From an uncultured Flavobacteriales bacterium (GTDB taxonomy: Bacteria; Bacteroidota; Bacteroidia; Flavobacteriales; BACL11), in assembly GCA_905478555.1 (NCBI GenBank), contig CAJQIZ010000024.1:8300-72299 (forward strand): DNA of 64,000 nt, given 5' to 3'. Each line of letters begins with the position of its first letter. Position 1 is the first letter of the stretch. Below, piece after piece: positions 12,101-23,241 of this stretch. The position numbers and the translations under genes were made by a program. Under the pieces are notes generated by a model. It was not told the origin of the DNA. It saw only the letters and a list, made by a program, of their open reading frames with translations, and made no database searches.

Positions 12101-12818
12101 GGCAGATTCTATCTTTATAAAAGTAGATGATTTAAGCTCTTTAGATCCAATAGTATCTTATAATTGGGAGTCAAAATACGAATTATTTTTCGGTTCAGAT
12201 TCATCCAGTTTTATTTCATTTCCCGATAGTTCTTCATGGTATAAAGTAACATCAACAAATATAATAGGTTGTTATATTTCCGACTCTATTTTTGTTACAG
12301 TTCACAACTATCCCATTTCAGATTCCCTTTGGGCAACTGATACTATTATATTTGTAGGTGAATCTACTCAGTTACATATTTCTACAAATGAGAATGTGAT
12401 TTGGAGTACAAATGATACCATAAATTCTATCTTACTTTATCCGGAAATTTCTACGCAATACAATGCAATTATTTACAATGAATTCTGTCAAATTGAAGAC
12501 TCTATTTTTATAATTGTAAAAAATGTATTTTGTGATAAAAGTAGAATACTAATTCCAAATGCTTTTAGTCCAAATGAAGATCTTAAAAATGACTTTTACA
12601 GAATTGTAGATGAAGATGGTATTATCACAAAATTTAAAATAGAAATATTTAATAGATTTGGAGAAAAAGTATATTTTTCTGAAAATGTAAATGAAAGCTG
12701 GAACGGTTATTTTAAAGGGGAATTACTCGCTCCGCAAGTATTGGATTATTATTTGGAAATTAAATGTATTGGAGAGAAAATACTCTTTGAAAAAGGAAAT
12801 ATAACTATTATAAGATGA
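9129..12818 (+). CDS. T9SS cargo with SBBP-like repeats, PKD domain and gliding-motility (type B) CTD
   Basis: FIENKGQ N-terminus, STYLGG repeats, WDFGDG, C-terminal IPNAFSPN...IFNRFGE...WNG...KGNITIIR. Confidence 0.85.
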   Translation: MRNNRGKSRWLIGLFMSISVFSFSQTNYPFIENKGQLPNSVHSKVKTPGGSIFIEKGEFIYSFYNSKQLQERHDLTRNEDWIDAHSFSANFINSSPNTEIILSEKSNYYENFYNTKNWAEKVYFYKSVSQKNIYNGIDLQMYFSEENLKYDLIVHPNYSTEKIKIKYSGQEDIYLKNGNLIVKTSVNIVTELAPYAYQIINGIEVKVEVNFNLKQNILSFEFPNRYDKSKKLVIDPTLIFSTYSGSTSDNFGYTATYDNYGFLYSGSTVFGIGYPTTLGAYQINYANTSGGTDIGITKYDTTGTVRIYSTYLGGSKDELPHSMIVNNLDELFIFGTTGSDDYPTTNGAYQTNFSGGSGFSPSGLGVSFPNGSDIIVSRISTNGGNLLASTYIGGTGNDGLNTSQKLKSNYADEVRGEIDIDQNNNIYLATSTYSTDFPVTSSFQQNNNGFQEGCIVKMDNQLSAIIWSSYLGGDRDDAIYSLTLDNNNNIFVTGGTISDNFPVSTNAYQNSYLDSIKADAFVTHISSDGNTIINSTYFGSEFYDQSYFVELNSEEEVYIFGQTKALGSTLIQNASYFETEANQFIAILSNNLEQLLRSTVVGTGKGTPDISPTAFLVDVCNNIYISGWGSGTGNGPLSSLNMPITANAFQNTTDGNDFYIMILDDGLNNLVYGTYFGGSQSAEHVDGGTSRFDKKGVIYQSVCAGCGNYNDFPIYPNPGAVSTTNNSNNCNNGVFKFDLNFPIILADFDAPWVGCSNNISFTNLSTHPQNTTYFWDFGDGNNSTQNNPTHQYLTPGIYIITLISSSPTACNLSDTITKQIYILSNSSSNLQEVEICKGESVQIGVLPINDPSISYFWFPSVGLNNVAIPNPIASVNSSTQYKLIISDGNCADTIYQWVYTDSLNINPSDDTSFCKEPIQLSANTSGTINSIIWSTNINFTDTISFSNFYTANNIGTFYILVENNNCSDMDSVKVTNNNIAINLSGITEICKADSIFIKVDDLSSLDPIVSYNWESKYELFFGSDSSSFISFPDSSSWYKVTSTNIIGCYISDSIFVTVHNYPISDSLWATDTIIFVGESTQLHISTNENVIWSTNDTINSILLYPEISTQYNAIIYNEFCQIEDSIFIIVKNVFCDKSRILIPNAFSPNEDLKNDFYRIVDEDGIITKFKIEIFNRFGEKVYFSENVNESWNGYFKGELLAPQVLDYYLEIKCIGEKILFEKGNITIIR

Positions 12819-13759
12819 AGGGGAAACTACTAATATTACTATTATTTATTAGTGGAATTAGCCTTTCACAAGACATCCATTTTTCCCAAAATTTTGTAGA
12901 CAGAATGTATTTCAACCCTGCTGTAGTAGGTGATTTAGGAGAAGAAGATTACAGAGTTTCTGTTCAAAGAAAATCACAATGGAATTCGGTTACTGTACCT
13001 TTTTCTACCTTTTCTACTTCCTTTGAAAATAAAGATTTCATTAAAGGTTTAAGCTTAGGAGTTCAGTTTTTTAACGATAAATCAGGTGATTCGAAACTTA
13101 CATTAAATCAATTAAATATAGCTCTTAGTAAAAACTATAAAGTGTTAAAAGTAAATAGTTTTTCTATCGGTGGAATTATTGGTTTTGGACAAAAAACTAT
13201 TGATTATTCCTCTTTAATTTTTGAGGAAGAGGAAAACTTTATTTCAGATAATTTTCTTTTCCCAGATATTGGAATCGGACTAGATTATAGAACAAATCCG
13301 TATGAAATATTAAGTTATCATTTAGGATTGTCTACCTACCATATTAATCAGGCAAATATGTCTTTTAATGAGAATGTGAAATTACCAATAAAAAACAATG
13401 TAAATCTGGGGGTTTCGTATAAATATTCTGAAATGATAAAAGTGAATTCAGAGCTAATAATTACTAATCAATGGGTACAAAAAGAGATATTAATTGGTGT
13501 ACGATCGGAAATAAAATTGGATGAAATAATATTATTTCCTTTGGCTTATTACAGAATAAATGATGCGGCCATATTTGGTTTTGGATTAGAAAAAGATAAT
13601 CTTCAGTTTAATATAAGTTACGATATCAACACTTCTGATTTAACTATAGCAAGTAATTATAAAAGTGGTTTCGAGTTCTCTATTATATATCTTTGGAAAA
13701 AGAAGAAAAAGAAAAAAATAATAAATAAAGAAGAAGAGAAATGTCCAAAATATTTATAA
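12815..13759 (+). CDS. PorP/SprF family T9SS outer-membrane protein
   Basis: QDIHFSQ...NPA, SYDIN motifs; adjacent to type B CTD cargo. Confidence 0.88.
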   Translation: MKGKLLILLLFISGISLSQDIHFSQNFVDRMYFNPAVVGDLGEEDYRVSVQRKSQWNSVTVPFSTFSTSFENKDFIKGLSLGVQFFNDKSGDSKLTLNQLNIALSKNYKVLKVNSFSIGGIIGFGQKTIDYSSLIFEEEENFISDNFLFPDIGIGLDYRTNPYEILSYHLGLSTYHINQANMSFNENVKLPIKNNVNLGVSYKYSEMIKVNSELIITNQWVQKEILIGVRSEIKLDEIILFPLAYYRINDAAIFGFGLEKDNLQFNISYDINTSDLTIASNYKSGFEFSIIYLWKKKKKKKIINKEEEKCPKYL

Positions 13760-15165
13760 AAATAATATTGATTTATATTCCATTTATTTCTTTATCACAA
13801 GAAGTGAAAATAGAACATTTGACTAAAAATATAAATACAGTTGGAGCGGAATTCAACTTTGTACAAACAAATGAAAACAAGGCTTTTTACACCTCCTCTA
13901 CTTTAGAAGAAGGAGAATACCAATCCTTAATTTTCAGAACAGAACTAGAAAATGGAGTATGGAAAAAAGGAAAATATCATCATTTAGGAAAAGCATATTC
14001 ATATGCAAATATCTCTTATCTAAAAGATGAACATTATATTTATTATAGTGTAATAGATAAATTTGGGCATAGTAAAATTGCGTTTAGAGATTATAAAAAA
14101 CCTGTTACTCAATTTTTGAATAACAAAATTAACCTTCCAAATTCTGTCAATACACAGCCTCATAAAAGCAACTACAACAATAAAAGCATTTTATATTTTG
14201 TTTCGGACCGAAAGGGTGGATTTGGAGGATTTGATATTTGGTTTTCGGTAATAGATAAGTTTAGAAATTATGGAGAAGCTATAAATGCTGGAAAGAGAAT
14301 AAACTCTGAATACAATGAGATTACTCCATTTTATAATGTATGGACAGGAGAACTTTTCTTTAGTTCGGATAGAGATGAAAAAGAAAATGGAATTGATATT
14401 TATAAAGCTGCTGGGAATTTAAATTTGTGGAATAAGACAGAAAAAGTAGAAGAGTTAAACTCCAAAGAAGATGATTTATATTTGAGTTTTTATGATGAAT
14501 ATTCTGGGCACTTCTCCTCCAACAGAAGTCCCTCCATTTTCGAAAATGAAGAAAATTGTTGTAATGATGTTTTCTCTTTTAAATACCCTGAAAAAGATAG
14601 TATTATCTTAACTTTTAACGATACTATTAAAAAACATCTGCCTATAAAATTATACTTTCATAATGATGAACCCGATAGAAACACCCTGAAAATATCAACT
14701 AAAAAAACATACAAGGAAACATATATTTCATATTACTTACTAAAAGATAAATACCTGAAAATAAATGAAAATATAGAAATAGAAAATTTCTTTGAATCTA
14801 ACCTAAAAGGGAATTATAATAAATTAAATGCTACTTTAAATTATGTTCTTCAATCCTTAAAAAAAGGAAATAATATGGAACTTCATATCAAAGGATTCGC
14901 CAGTCCATTACACAAGAAAGACTATAATATTAATCTGACAAGAAGGAGAATTTCATCTTTTATAAATTTAATAAATACTTTTGATAACGGTCATCTAAAA
15001 TTCTTTCTTAATAACGGAAATTTGAAAATTATTGAACTTCCATTTGGAGAAAATCAATCTAAGAAAAATGTGAGTGATAATCCAAAAGATAGAAGAAATT
15101 CAGTTTATAGTAAAGATGCTATGCTAGAACGAAAAATAGAAATTGTAGAGATTATTGAATTATAA
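13741..15165 (+). CDS. PD40-repeat protein with degenerate OmpA-like C-terminus (PorE-like)
   Basis: LYFVSDRKGGFGGFDIW, LFFSSDR repeats; GFASP...YNINLTRRR. Confidence 0.65.
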   Translation: MSKIFIKIILIYIPFISLSQEVKIEHLTKNINTVGAEFNFVQTNENKAFYTSSTLEEGEYQSLIFRTELENGVWKKGKYHHLGKAYSYANISYLKDEHYIYYSVIDKFGHSKIAFRDYKKPVTQFLNNKINLPNSVNTQPHKSNYNNKSILYFVSDRKGGFGGFDIWFSVIDKFRNYGEAINAGKRINSEYNEITPFYNVWTGELFFSSDRDEKENGIDIYKAAGNLNLWNKTEKVEELNSKEDDLYLSFYDEYSGHFSSNRSPSIFENEENCCNDVFSFKYPEKDSIILTFNDTIKKHLPIKLYFHNDEPDRNTLKISTKKTYKETYISYYLLKDKYLKINENIEIENFFESNLKGNYNKLNATLNYVLQSLKKGNNMELHIKGFASPLHKKDYNINLTRRRISSFINLINTFDNGHLKFFLNNGNLKIIELPFGENQSKKNVSDNPKDRRNSVYSKDAMLERKIEIVEIIEL

Positions 15166-15761
15166 TTTATTATAATTATGCTTTGCAGTAAAGATCCTAA
15201 AACAAAACCTGTATAAACTTGAGGTCTATTATGTGCTTTCAGATCTAATCTTGAAAATGATAATAATCCTGAAAGGACAATAAAGCAAATCACCCAATAA
15301 TATAAACCTCCAAACATGTAATTTAAAGCAATAAAGCTTCCTGTCGCACCTCCAATTCCCATCATGTGTAAACTAATTTTCCATTTCTTGCTAATAAAAT
15401 ATGCAAAAACTAATATAACAATGGTGGAAACATACATAGCAGTGAGAAATGAAGAGAGCTGAGCTATTCTATTGAAAATTGGTAAACCAATAATCATAAT
15501 GAAGATAAAAGCTAAAATAGGACCCTCTCGTTCCTCTCTTATATTCATCTTTAAAGACTCCACTTTATTAGTCTTTACAAAAATTATAGAGGCAATTAAT
15601 GGAAAAATTATTGTGAAAATAGAAAGAGATATATAAAGGGGTACTTGATAGTTTTCAAAAATTATCATATAATATTCTACATAATTTAATGCAACATACA
15701 TTACTATAATAGGCATAAATATAGGATGTAAAATATAAGAAAGTATTTTTGAAAGTTTCAT
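15105..15761 (-). CDS. PAP2-like integral membrane protein
   Basis: LHPIFMP, KISLHM, SRLDLKAH motifs; hydrophobic. Confidence 0.65.
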   Translation of the reverse strand: MKLSKILSYILHPIFMPIIVMYVALNYVEYYMIIFENYQVPLYISLSIFTIIFPLIASIIFVKTNKVESLKMNIREEREGPILAFIFIMIIGLPIFNRIAQLSSFLTAMYVSTIVILVFAYFISKKWKISLHMMGIGGATGSFIALNYMFGGLYYWVICFIVLSGLLSFSRLDLKAHNRPQVYTGFVLGSLLQSIIIINYNSIISTISIFRSSIASLL

Positions 15762-17113
15762 TATAATTCCCTACGGTATTTTGAAGTTTCTATGGATAAT
15801 CCTTCTCTGTATTTTGAGACAGTTCTTCTGGCAATATGGTACTCATCTTCTCCTAAAAGCTCTGCAAGTTTTTCATCTGTGTAAGGGTTTTTTTTATCTT
15901 CCATCTCAATAATTTCTTTCAATCTACTTTTTATTACTTTTGTAGAAATTAATTCTCCATTATCTTTTCTATATGCTTCTGAAAACAAATCTTTCAATAA
16001 AAAAGTTCCGAAAAAAGTTTGTACATATTTACTATTTGTAACACGAGAGATAGTAGAGATATTCATCTTTACAATATTCGCAATATCTGCTAAAATCATT
16101 GGTTTTAAATGTTCATCCTCTCCAGATAAAAAATATTTTTCCTGAAAACTTACGATTGCATTCATTACATTTAATAAAGTTTCTTCTCTTTGTAAAATTG
16201 CATTTTTAAACCAATTAGCCGACTCAATTTTCTTTTTTAAAAATTCCTTTGCTGCTTCATCAGAAGTATCATCCATCATTTTCTGATAATGTTTATTAAC
16301 TCGTATTTCTTTACCACTTCTTTTGGAAAGTGAAATTATATGTTTTTCATTAATAATATTCACCAAAAAATCAGCAGTAATATAAGCAGAAGTAGTGCTT
16401 TTTATAAAGTTAGAAACTGGAAAAGGGTTCAACTTTTCAACTAAATCATACACCTGTTTTAAATCTATTTCAGATAAATTTAACTGCCTCATTATACCCT
16501 CAAAATTCTTTTTACTAAATCGTTCGTATTGATTTTTTAAAACAAGAATAGAGCGTTCTACAATCTCATTTTGTTCCTTGTTTTTTAATTGAATGAGTAA
16601 ACATTCTTTCAGATTTCTTGCTCCTACCCCATAAGGCTCTAAGTTCTGAATTATTTGCAATGATTTTATTATTTCTTCTTCCGAAAACTCTAAATTTAGG
16701 TTGATGAGTAAATCATCTGAAATAGAAAAAATCTCTCTATTTATCCATCCATACTCATCTAAACTATCAATTAAGTATTCTATTAGAAACTTGTTTTTTT
16801 CCTGAATATTTAATACAAGTAGTTGTTTTTTTAAATATTCTGCTAATGATTCTTCTGAATTAGATAATTGAATTTCAGTAAATTCAACAGCATTATTTTG
16901 TCTGTATTTATAGGAATTAGGATGATCTTCTTGAAGTTCTTCAATAGGGATATCATCCGATTGATCCGTTTCTTCTAAAGCTGGATTCTCCTCTAGTTCA
17001 TCTTGTATTCTACTATTTAAAGAAACTAATGGAATTTGCAACAAACTTAAAAACTGAATCTGTTGAGGAGACAGTTTAAAACCTAATTTTTGTTGTAATT
17101 TCTGTTTTTGCAT
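15761..17113 (-). CDS. rpoN: RNA polymerase sigma-54 factor
   Basis: Gln-rich N-terminus, ENPALE, ARRTVSKYRE RpoN box. Confidence 0.96.
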   Translation of the reverse strand: MQKQKLQQKLGFKLSPQQIQFLSLLQIPLVSLNSRIQDELEENPALEETDQSDDIPIEELQEDHPNSYKYRQNNAVEFTEIQLSNSEESLAEYLKKQLLVLNIQEKNKFLIEYLIDSLDEYGWINREIFSISDDLLINLNLEFSEEEIIKSLQIIQNLEPYGVGARNLKECLLIQLKNKEQNEIVERSILVLKNQYERFSKKNFEGIMRQLNLSEIDLKQVYDLVEKLNPFPVSNFIKSTTSAYITADFLVNIINEKHIISLSKRSGKEIRVNKHYQKMMDDTSDEAAKEFLKKKIESANWFKNAILQREETLLNVMNAIVSFQEKYFLSGEDEHLKPMILADIANIVKMNISTISRVTNSKYVQTFFGTFLLKDLFSEAYRKDNGELISTKVIKSRLKEIIEMEDKKNPYTDEKLAELLGEDEYHIARRTVSKYREGLSIETSKYRREL

Positions 17114-17116
17114 CTA

Positions 17117-18556
17117 TTAAAAATCTGCATTTTGAGGAGTTCTTGGAAAAGGAATTACATCACGAATATTTTTCATTCCTGTAACAAACATAATTAACCT
17201 TTCAAAACCTAATCCAAAACCAGAATGAGTACAAGTACCAAACTTTCTAGTTTCTAAATACCACCAAAGTTCATCTTTATCTACCTCCATTTCCTCCATT
17301 CTGGCAACTAATTTATCTAGGTTTTCTTCTCTTTGCGATCCACCAATAATCTCACCAATTTGAGGGAATAAGATATCCATAGCCCTTACAGTTTCCCCAT
17401 CCTCATTTTGTTTCATATAAAATGCCTTTATTCCTTTAGGGTAATCTGTAATTATAACTGGCTTCTTAAATTTCTTTTCTACTAAATATCTTTCGTGTTC
17501 AGATTGTAAATCAGAACCAAAACCTTCAATGATATAATTAAATTTCTTCTTTTTATTTGGCTTTGAATTTCTTAAAATATCAATTGCTTCTCTGTAAGTT
17601 AATCTTACAAAATCATTTTCAATTACAAACTGAAGTTTTTCTAAAAGACCCATTTCTGATCTTTCTTCTTTCTTCATGTTTTTCTCTTCATTCTCTAACC
17701 TACCATCTAAAAATCTTAAATCATCTGCACAATTTGTAATACAATACTGAATACAATATTTTAAAAATTCTTCTGCCAGGTCCATGTTTTCATCCAAATC
17801 AGCAAAGGCAATCTCAGGCTCTATCATCCAAAATTCTGATAAATGACGAGAGGTATTTGAATTTTCAGCTCTAAAAGTTGGACCAAAAGTATAAACCTGA
17901 CCAAGAGCCATTGCTGCTAATTCAGCTTCAAGTTGACCAGAAACAGTAAGATTAGTTTTACTCCCAAAAAAATCTTTTGTGTAGTCAACTTTACCATCTG
18001 TTTTAGGTATATTTTCTAAATTGAGATTAGTTATCTGAAACATTTCCCCTGCACCTTCCGCATCTGCTCCTGTTATTATTGGAGTATGAATATTAGAGAA
18101 CCCTTTATCGTTAAAAAACTTATGCACAGCAAAAGTAAGTGCGTGTCTTAATCTGAAGACTGCTGAAAATGTATTGGTTCTAAATCTTAAGTGAGCCTTC
18201 TCTCTCAAAAAATCTAAAGAATGTTTTTTAGGCTGTAACGGATATTCATCTGCATCCGCTTCACCTAATACTTCAATTGCAGCAGCCAAAACCTCTACAT
18301 TTTGTCCACCTCCTTTCGATTCTACTAAAATACCAATAACAGAAATTGCAACTCCTGTTGTAATCTTTTTTAAAACATCTTCATTAAAACTCTCTCCTTC
18401 TGCAACAACTTGAATATTATTAATTGTAGACCCATCATTCAATGCAATAAAAGAAACATTCTTACTCCCTCTACGAGTACGCACCCAGCCTTTCAAACAA
18501 ATTTCTTGTCCTATTACTTTATTACTTAAAGCACTCTTTATCTTAGTTCTTTTCAT
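17117..18556 (-). CDS. asnS: asparagine--tRNA ligase
   Basis: [27 protein letters not shown]. Confidence 0.97.
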   Translation of the reverse strand: MKRTKIKSALSNKVIGQEICLKGWVRTRRGSKNVSFIALNDGSTINNIQVVAEGESFNEDVLKKITTGVAISVIGILVESKGGGQNVEVLAAAIEVLGEADADEYPLQPKKHSLDFLREKAHLRFRTNTFSAVFRLRHALTFAVHKFFNDKGFSNIHTPIITGADAEGAGEMFQITNLNLENIPKTDGKVDYTKDFFGSKTNLTVSGQLEAELAAMALGQVYTFGPTFRAENSNTSRHLSEFWMIEPEIAFADLDENMDLAEEFLKYCIQYCITNCADDLRFLDGRLENEEKNMKKEERSEMGLLEKLQFVIENDFVRLTYREAIDILRNSKPNKKKKFNYIIEGFGSDLQSEHERYLVEKKFKKPVIITDYPKGIKAFYMKQNEDGETVRAMDILFPQIGEIIGGSQREENLDKLVARMEEMEVDKDELWWYLETRKFGTCTHSGFGLGFERLIMFVTGMKNIRDVIPFPRTPQNADF

Positions 18557-19617
18557 TTTTCTACTCTTTTCAAGTTTAATTTAACTCTGCTATGGCTATA
18601 ATATATCTTTTTATTTTCTACACCTTTTCTAAGTGTGAGCTTTTCTTCTTCAGTAAGTGTTAATATCTCAATACATTCTACCGAACAACAATTCTCATGT
18701 AATTTCTGACATTTATTACATTGTAAAAATAGTAAATTACAATTTACATTATTACAATTTACATGCATATCACAAGGTTCATCACACTGATGGCATGTAC
18801 TAATAACATCTTCAGATATTCTTTCTCCTCTTCTTTCATCAAAAACAAAGTTCTTCCCTAAAAATTTATTTTCAATAGTTTCATCTTCATTTAACTGGCG
18901 TACATAATCTATAATTCCTCCATGTAACTGACTTACATTTTCAAAACCACAATGTTTTAAATATGCAGAAGTTTTTTCGCACCTAATTCCTCCTGTACAA
19001 TAAAGTAGAACCTCTTCCTTTTCTTTTCCTTTCAATAAATCTTTCACAACAGGAAGTTCTTCTTTAAATGTTTCTACATCTGGACAAATTGCATCTTCAA
19101 ATTTCCCAATTTCACTTTCATAATGATTTCTCATATCTACCACTATTGCCCCATTATTCATGGCCTCATTCCATTGTTTTGCTGAAAGATGTTTTCCTAC
19201 ATTTGTAACATCATAATCTTTAATAGACAAACCATCAGCAACAATTTGTTTCCTGATTTTAATTGTCAATTTAAAAAATGATTTTCCATCATCTTCTACC
19301 GCAATCTTAAAATGGATATCTTCAAAAAAATCATACGAATTAATGTTTTTTACAAATTCTTCCCAATGCAGTTCCGGAACACTTAACTGTGCATTTACCC
19401 CCTCCTGCGCAATGTATATTCTACCTAAAATTCCTAAATCACTCCACTTGTTATAAAGTTCATCTCTCAATTCTGGCAAATCTTTTAAAATAATATATTT
19501 ATAAAAAGAAATAGTAACTCTATTAAAAGTTTCTTTTTCTAGTAAAGCTACGCACTGATCTTTACTTAATTTATTAAACATATGTTTTTTACCAGCGTTG
19601 GGATCCATATTGATCAT
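18553..19617 (-). CDS. trhO: rhodanese-related tRNA uridine(34) hydroxylase (TrhO/YceA)
   Basis: [27 protein letters not shown]. Confidence 0.88.
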   Translation of the reverse strand: MINMDPNAGKKHMFNKLSKDQCVALLEKETFNRVTISFYKYIILKDLPELRDELYNKWSDLGILGRIYIAQEGVNAQLSVPELHWEEFVKNINSYDFFEDIHFKIAVEDDGKSFFKLTIKIRKQIVADGLSIKDYDVTNVGKHLSAKQWNEAMNNGAIVVDMRNHYESEIGKFEDAICPDVETFKEELPVVKDLLKGKEKEEVLLYCTGGIRCEKTSAYLKHCGFENVSQLHGGIIDYVRQLNEDETIENKFLGKNFVFDERRGERISEDVISTCHQCDEPCDMHVNCNNVNCNLLFLQCNKCQKLHENCCSVECIEILTLTEEEKLTLRKGVENKKIYYSHSRVKLNLKRVEK

Positions 19618-19715
19618 TTTATGAATTGCAAAGATATAAAAACTATGATTTGTATTGATTAGGATTTTTAACTAAAAATTTGGTCTGAAATATTATCTTT
19701 GTCAAAATTATTTTA

Positions 19716-20675
19716 ATGAGAGAGAGAATTTTAATTATAGGTTCTTCAGGGCAAATTGGTACTGAATTAGTAATGGAACTAAGGAAAAAGTACGGCAATG
19801 AAAATGTTATCGCTTCTGATATTAGACCTTCCTGCAAGGAAGTGATGGAATCCGGTCCGTTTGAGGAATTAGATATAATGAATCAATCATTACTCATTAG
19901 TATTGTTATAAAATATAAAGTTACTCAAGTTTATTTATTAGCAGCTCTTCTTTCAGCAACTGCAGAACAAAATATAGAATTAGGATGGAAATTAAATATG
20001 AGATCACACTCTCATGTATTGGATTTAGCAAAAGATGGGTTAATAAAAAAGATTTTTTGGCCTTCTTCTATTGCGGTTTTCGGTCCAACAACCCCAAGGG
20101 AAAACACACCACAATACACAGTAATGGAACCGAATACAGTTTATGGAATTACCAAACAATCTGGGGAAAGATGGAACGAATATTATTTCAATAAATTTGG
20201 GATAGACGTAAGAAGTATCCGTTATCCTGGATTGATTGGATGGAAAGCATCACCTGGAGGTGGAACAACAGATTATGCGGTAGACATCTTTCATCAAGCT
20301 ATTCAGTATGGAAAATATGAAAGTTTTCTCTCTGAAAATACAGGATTACCAATGATGTATATGCCAGACGCAATTCGTGCCACTATTGAATTAATGGAGG
20401 CTCCTGCAGAACAAGTGAAAATTCGTTCTTCTTATAATCTGGCAGGAATAAGCTTTACCCCAAAACAACTTGCATCAGAAATTAAAAAACATATCCCTGA
20501 TTTTGAAATGACTTACAATCCTGATTTCAGACAAGCAATTGCTGATTCTTGGCCATCCTCCATTAATGATAATTATGCTCAGAAAGATTGGGGTTGGGAA
20601 TTGAAATATAATTTAGAGAAAATGACTTCAAATATGATGAAAAATCTAATTGAGAAATATAAAACCATAGCATAA
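19716..20675 (+). CDS. SDR-type L-threonine 3-dehydrogenase (NAD-dependent epimerase family)
   Basis: [28 protein letters not shown]. Confidence 0.85.
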   Translation: MRERILIIGSSGQIGTELVMELRKKYGNENVIASDIRPSCKEVMESGPFEELDIMNQSLLISIVIKYKVTQVYLLAALLSATAEQNIELGWKLNMRSHSHVLDLAKDGLIKKIFWPSSIAVFGPTTPRENTPQYTVMEPNTVYGITKQSGERWNEYYFNKFGIDVRSIRYPGLIGWKASPGGGTTDYAVDIFHQAIQYGKYESFLSENTGLPMMYMPDAIRATIELMEAPAEQVKIRSSYNLAGISFTPKQLASEIKKHIPDFEMTYNPDFRQAIADSWPSSINDNYAQKDWGWELKYNLEKMTSNMMKNLIEKYKTIA

Positions 20676-22144
20676 TGAGCAGAAAAATACAGATATATAA
20701 TACTCTTACAAGGCAAAAAGAAGTATTTAATCCTATAGTAGAAAATCATGTAGGAATGTATGTTTGTGGACCTACCGTTTATGGAGACCCACATCTAGGA
20801 CATGCTCGTCCTGGGATTACTTTTGATATCGTGTTTCGTTATCTTACTCATTCTGACTACAAAGTAAGATATGTAAGGAACATCACAGATGCGGGACACC
20901 TTGAAAATGATGCAGATGAAGGAGAAGATAAAATTGCTAAAAAAGCAAGATTAGAACAATTAGAACCTATGGAAATTGTTCAGTTTTATACCATAAGTTA
21001 CCACAAAGCAATGTCAGAATTAAATTGTTTACCTCCAAGTATTGAACCTACTGTAACTGGTCATATTATTGAACAAATTGAAATGGTAAAACAAATCCTG
21101 AAAAATGGATTTGCTTATCAGGTAAATGGAACCGTATATTTGGATGTGAATAAATACAATGAAAAGTATCCTTATGGAACTTTATCAGGCAGAAAATTAG
21201 AAGATACTTTAGAAGGAACTAGAACTTTAGACGGACAATCGGAAAAGAAAAGTCCTGTTGATTTTGCTATTTGGATACAAGCAAACACTGAGCACATCAT
21301 GAGGTGGCCTTCCCCATGGGGAGAAGGATTTCCAGGTTGGCACATAGAATGTTCGGCAATGAGTAAAAAGTACTTGGGTGAAACCTTTGATATACATGGG
21401 GGGGGAATGGACTTGGTTTTCCCACATCATGAAGCGGAAATTGCTCAAAGCAATGCTAGTAATGGTTGTGATCCTGCAAATTATTGGATGCACAACAACA
21501 TGATTACTGTAGATGGAAAAAAGATGGGGAAATCCCTTGGAAACTTTATTAATTTGGAAGAGTTTTTTACTGGTAGTCACGCTAAATTAGAAAGGTCGTA
21601 TGCACCAATGACTATTCGCTTCTTCATTTTGCAAGCACACTACAGAAGTACAGTAGATTTTAGTAATGCAGCTCTACAAGCAGCAGAAAAAGGATTTACA
21701 AAACTGATGAACGCCATGCAAACATTAGGAAGGATCCCAACTTCTGACACTTCAACTTATGATGTAAATGCTTTAGAAGAAAAGTGCTATACCGCCATGG
21801 ATGACGATTTTAATACTCCTATTCTTATTGCACATTTATTTGATGGGGTAAGAATTATCAATTCAGTAAAAGACGGAAAGGAAAGTTTAACTTCAATTGA
21901 TTTATCAAAACTAAAAACAATATTTAGCACGTTTGTTACTGATATTTTAGGGTTTATCTCTCCAAAAGAAAGTAGTGGCAATGACCTAACTAATGAGGTA
22001 ATGGAATTAGTATTACAACTAAGAAGAAATGCAAAAAAGAACAAAAATTTTGAGACTGCTGATTTGATTAGAGAAGAGTTAGACAAGTTAGGTGTTCAAA
22101 TAAAAGATGGTAGAGAAGGAAGCAGCTGGGAAGTTAAAAAATAG
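20675..22144 (+). CDS. cysS: cysteine--tRNA ligase
   Basis: CGPTVY, HLGH, PGWHIEC, KMGKS. Confidence 0.98.
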   Translation: MSRKIQIYNTLTRQKEVFNPIVENHVGMYVCGPTVYGDPHLGHARPGITFDIVFRYLTHSDYKVRYVRNITDAGHLENDADEGEDKIAKKARLEQLEPMEIVQFYTISYHKAMSELNCLPPSIEPTVTGHIIEQIEMVKQILKNGFAYQVNGTVYLDVNKYNEKYPYGTLSGRKLEDTLEGTRTLDGQSEKKSPVDFAIWIQANTEHIMRWPSPWGEGFPGWHIECSAMSKKYLGETFDIHGGGMDLVFPHHEAEIAQSNASNGCDPANYWMHNNMITVDGKKMGKSLGNFINLEEFFTGSHAKLERSYAPMTIRFFILQAHYRSTVDFSNAALQAAEKGFTKLMNAMQTLGRIPTSDTSTYDVNALEEKCYTAMDDDFNTPILIAHLFDGVRIINSVKDGKESLTSIDLSKLKTIFSTFVTDILGFISPKESSGNDLTNEVMELVLQLRRNAKKNKNFETADLIREELDKLGVQIKDGREGSSWEVKK

Positions 22145-22160
22145 ATTTAAGATGATAGAT

Positions 22161-23183
22161 ATGAAATATGATATTTTTAAAAAAAAAATCCTTCTAAAAA
22201 GAGAAGTTATCTCTGTAATGGGCACAATCATAATGCTATTCATTTTTTCTTGCTCCACAGAACCTCAACAAAAGAAGAAAGAGGTATCTGATCCAAAATT
22301 AAAAATTGATGTTCCTGTATTTAATGCAGATTCGGCTTATATTTTTGTAGAAAAACAAGTAAGTTTCGGACCAAGAGTTATTAGTAGTAAACCATGGAAG
22401 AACTGTGCTATTTGGTTAGAAAAAAAGTTCAGAACTTATACTCCAGATGTAATTGTACAAGAAGCAGCTATCACAACTTATGATGGAAAGAATCACACTT
22501 TAAAAAATATAATTGCTAGTTTTTCTGCTGAGAAAGTAAATAGAATTGCCTTATTTGCTCATTGGGATAGCAGACATATTGCCGACCATGATACCGAAAA
22601 CCAAAACTCCCCTATCTTAGGAGCAAATGATGGAGGAAGTGGAGTTGGAGTATTGTTAGAATTAGCACGACAATTCAGTTTAAAAAATCCAAAAATTGGA
22701 GTGGACATCATCCTCTTTGATGCAGAAGATTATGGGCAGCCAGAAAACTCTAATTTTCCTATTATGCAGGATTCCTGGTGTTTAGGATCGCAACATTGGA
22801 GTAAAACTCCTCATCAATCAAATTATAATGCTCGTTTTGGTATTCTACTAGATATGGTTGGAGCGAAAAATGCAAGCTTTTACATGGAAGGAAATTCCTC
22901 TTATTTTGCTTCTTCTATTCTGCAGAAAGTTTGGAAAAAAGGACATGAAATTGGATTTGGAAAATATTTTGAATATAAAAATGGACCTGAGATTATGGAC
23001 GACCATGTATATGTAAATATACTTGCACACATACCAACTATTGATATTATTGAGTACGACCCATCCACTGAAAGCCATTTTAACAAACATTGGCATACCC
23101 ATAAAGATGATATGAATAATATTGATAGAGAAACATTAAATGCAGTTGGACAAACTTTATTGGAAGTCGTTTATAGAGAGTAA
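22161..23183 (+). CDS. M28 family peptidase / glutaminyl cyclase-like lipoprotein
   Basis: AHWDSR, GANDGGSG, FDAEDYG, WHT; start codon uncertain. Confidence 0.85.
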   Translation: MKYDIFKKKILLKREVISVMGTIIMLFIFSCSTEPQQKKKEVSDPKLKIDVPVFNADSAYIFVEKQVSFGPRVISSKPWKNCAIWLEKKFRTYTPDVIVQEAAITTYDGKNHTLKNIIASFSAEKVNRIALFAHWDSRHIADHDTENQNSPILGANDGGSGVGVLLELARQFSLKNPKIGVDIILFDAEDYGQPENSNFPIMQDSWCLGSQHWSKTPHQSNYNARFGILLDMVGAKNASFYMEGNSSYFASSILQKVWKKGHEIGFGKYFEYKNGPEIMDDHVYVNILAHIPTIDIIEYDPSTESHFNKHWHTHKDDMNNIDRETLNAVGQTLLEVVYRE

Positions 23184-23207
23184 AGGTTCGAATCCTGCTA
23201 CCCCGAC
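23184..23207 (+). repeat. att core copy 1: tRNA-Pro 3' fragment AGGTTCGAATCCTGCTACCCCGAC
   Basis: T-loop TTCGAAT plus acceptor strand TACCCCGA of Bacteroidota tRNA-Pro; begins immediately after the M28 TAA, 5' tRNA half absent. Confidence 0.85.
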
Positions 23208-23213
23208 ACTTTT

Positions 23214-23241
23214 CTCCCCGAAAATCACTGATTTTCGGGAG
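23214..23241 (+). terminator. hairpin just inside the island's left end
   Basis: cccgaaaatc-act-gattttcggg stem; no strong U tail. Confidence 0.45.

Noticed and set aside
13696-13740. Poly-Lys/A tract at the end of the PorP gene as a slippage switch
   Set aside because: The A runs are interrupted by G and the frame continues to a normal-looking CPKYL end
23130-23210. Complete tRNA-Pro gene
   Set aside because: Only the 3' 24 nt are present; upstream is M28 coding sequence with no D-arm, anticodon arm or 5' acceptor strand
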